The notes under the pieces were generated by a model. The model was not told the DNA's origin and made no database searches. It saw only the letters and a program-made list of their open reading frames with translations. The translations under genes and the position numbers were made by a program. From the NCBI RefSeq assembly GCF_001447785.1, contig NW_015170887.1, positions 3,395,461-3,459,460 on the forward strand: 64,000 nt of DNA. Reading direction: 5' to 3'. How positions within the stretch are numbered: position 1 is the stretch's first letter; each line of letters opens with the position of its first letter. This document shows positions 62,711 through 64,000 of the stretch, one piece after another. The stretch is from Gekko japonicus (lineage: Eukaryota).

Positions 62711-64000
62711 CCAAGCCATTCTGCTACCTGAAGGCACCCTGATCTAGCTCAGTATCTGAAAGGTTGGATCCATAGCATTCCGGGGGTGGTGGTGGTGGTG
62801 AATCAAGCAACAAGGCAGAACAGACACCCAGCCTGCATAGAATGCTACTGATGAGAATAACCCCTGGTTCCAGATCAGCTGAACAAGAAACAGAAAGGCT
62901 TAGGATCCAAGGAGGTTTGGGCCTAGGATCAGAGCTACACCCAATCAAGCTTTTAGTCCCATGTCTGGAGGGGAAACACCCTAACAAGAATCAGCTTAGT
63001 ATAGCACTTGGAGTGCCACACTAGGATCTGGGAGACCCGGGTTCAAATCCCCATTCAGTATGAAGCTTGTCATTCTCCCTTAGCCTAACCTACCTCACAG
63101 GGTTGTTAATGTGAGGATAAATTGAGGAGGGGTCCTTGGATGAAGGGCAGGATAAAAATGTTCTAAATAACTAAACAATAACTGATATGAGGGGAAGGAC
63201 CACTTGTTGTATGCTACGTACAACTTTTGTTGCATGATACAATGCAACTTTATATACACACACCTCAAGGATTCCAACTCTGGGTCAGGAAGTTCCTAGA
63301 AGTGTGGGGGTTGAGCCTGGGTAAGGGAGAGACCTCCATGGAGTTCACCCTCCAAAGCAGCCATTTTCTCCAGGGCAGATCTCCAGGGCCCACCTGGAGG
63401 TTGCCAACACTAACACACCCTGCAGCTGTGGAAGAAGCACAATTGTAGCTGAGCCCTTGTGGTTCCCTTTCTGTCAGACTTGCCTACTTTGAGCTACTTT
63501 TCCAGCCTTTGACCTTCTCATCTGTGATTTCTTCGCAAACAGTTCCACGTTGTTCTGTAAATGTTAGATTGACATTTTGAGTAGGCGTCCGGAGCTTCTG
63601 TGATCCTTTTCGGCTCCTGCCAAGATTCAACAAGGCTACAGCCCCCTGCTCCTCAGGTCTCTGGGCAAGAAATAACATTTACCAGCTACTGTTTCTTCTG
63701 TCTGCAAATGTTTCCGTTGCCTCTCCAATGTTCTTGAAACTGCTTGCCAGACGACTCTCCCCAGCTGCCCCCGTAAGTGCAGCCCTGCAAGAAGAGATGC
63801 CAAATTCTAGCCGTTCAATAACATTTCCCTTCCATTGTAGATTTAGGGTTTTGTTTTTTAAAAATAGAATGTCTGTGTACTTGAAAAAGTAAAGAGAATG
63901 CTGTTCCTGTTAATTAGAGCAGAACCTTGCAGCATTTTGAATTTAGTTCAGAGGAAGATATTACAAGGGGAAAACTGTGAAAACGCGTGTGGGGTGTGTT

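Noticed and set aside
13235-64000. Next NRXN3 exon (EASILSYDGSMY...) and the splice-site-3 mini-exon
   Set aside because: Not found by eye or in the ORF track; consistent with a long intron. A tBLASTn would be needed to exclude a very short exon.
1-64000. CRISPR arrays, operons or prokaryotic defence systems
   Set aside because: The sequence is a vertebrate spliceosomal gene; no regularly spaced repeat-spacer array is present.

Overview
Eukaryotic (vertebrate) genomic DNA, most likely from a squamate reptile and probably a gecko, judged from the repeat families. The assembly is a draft with three N gaps. The only host-gene coding sequence I can support is two consecutive + strand exons of alpha-neurexin-3 (NRXN3): 9264-9702 (end of LNS2 and start of LNS3) and 12851-13234 (rest of LNS3 and EGF2). 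Everything else is intron densely filled with transposon remains: CR1, L2, L1-like, R4/Dong, RTE/BovB, Penelope-like, DIRS-like, solo LTRs, 5S- and tRNA-derived SINEs, hAT MITEs with 8-bp TSDs, pogo- and Harbinger-type MITEs and Helitron-like elements. The most interesting structures are two long inverted repeats with hammerhead-ribozyme cores (Penelope-type pseudo-LTRs). One lies in the short intron between the two NRXN3 exons and carries perfect U1-complementary decoy donor sites. Also notable are an R>L change in the conserved LNS3 FRT motif, Helitron-like non-autonomous families and several near-identical local duplications that may be assembly artefacts. I found no evidence for a new protein-coding system. 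Family names come from recalled motifs, not database searches.
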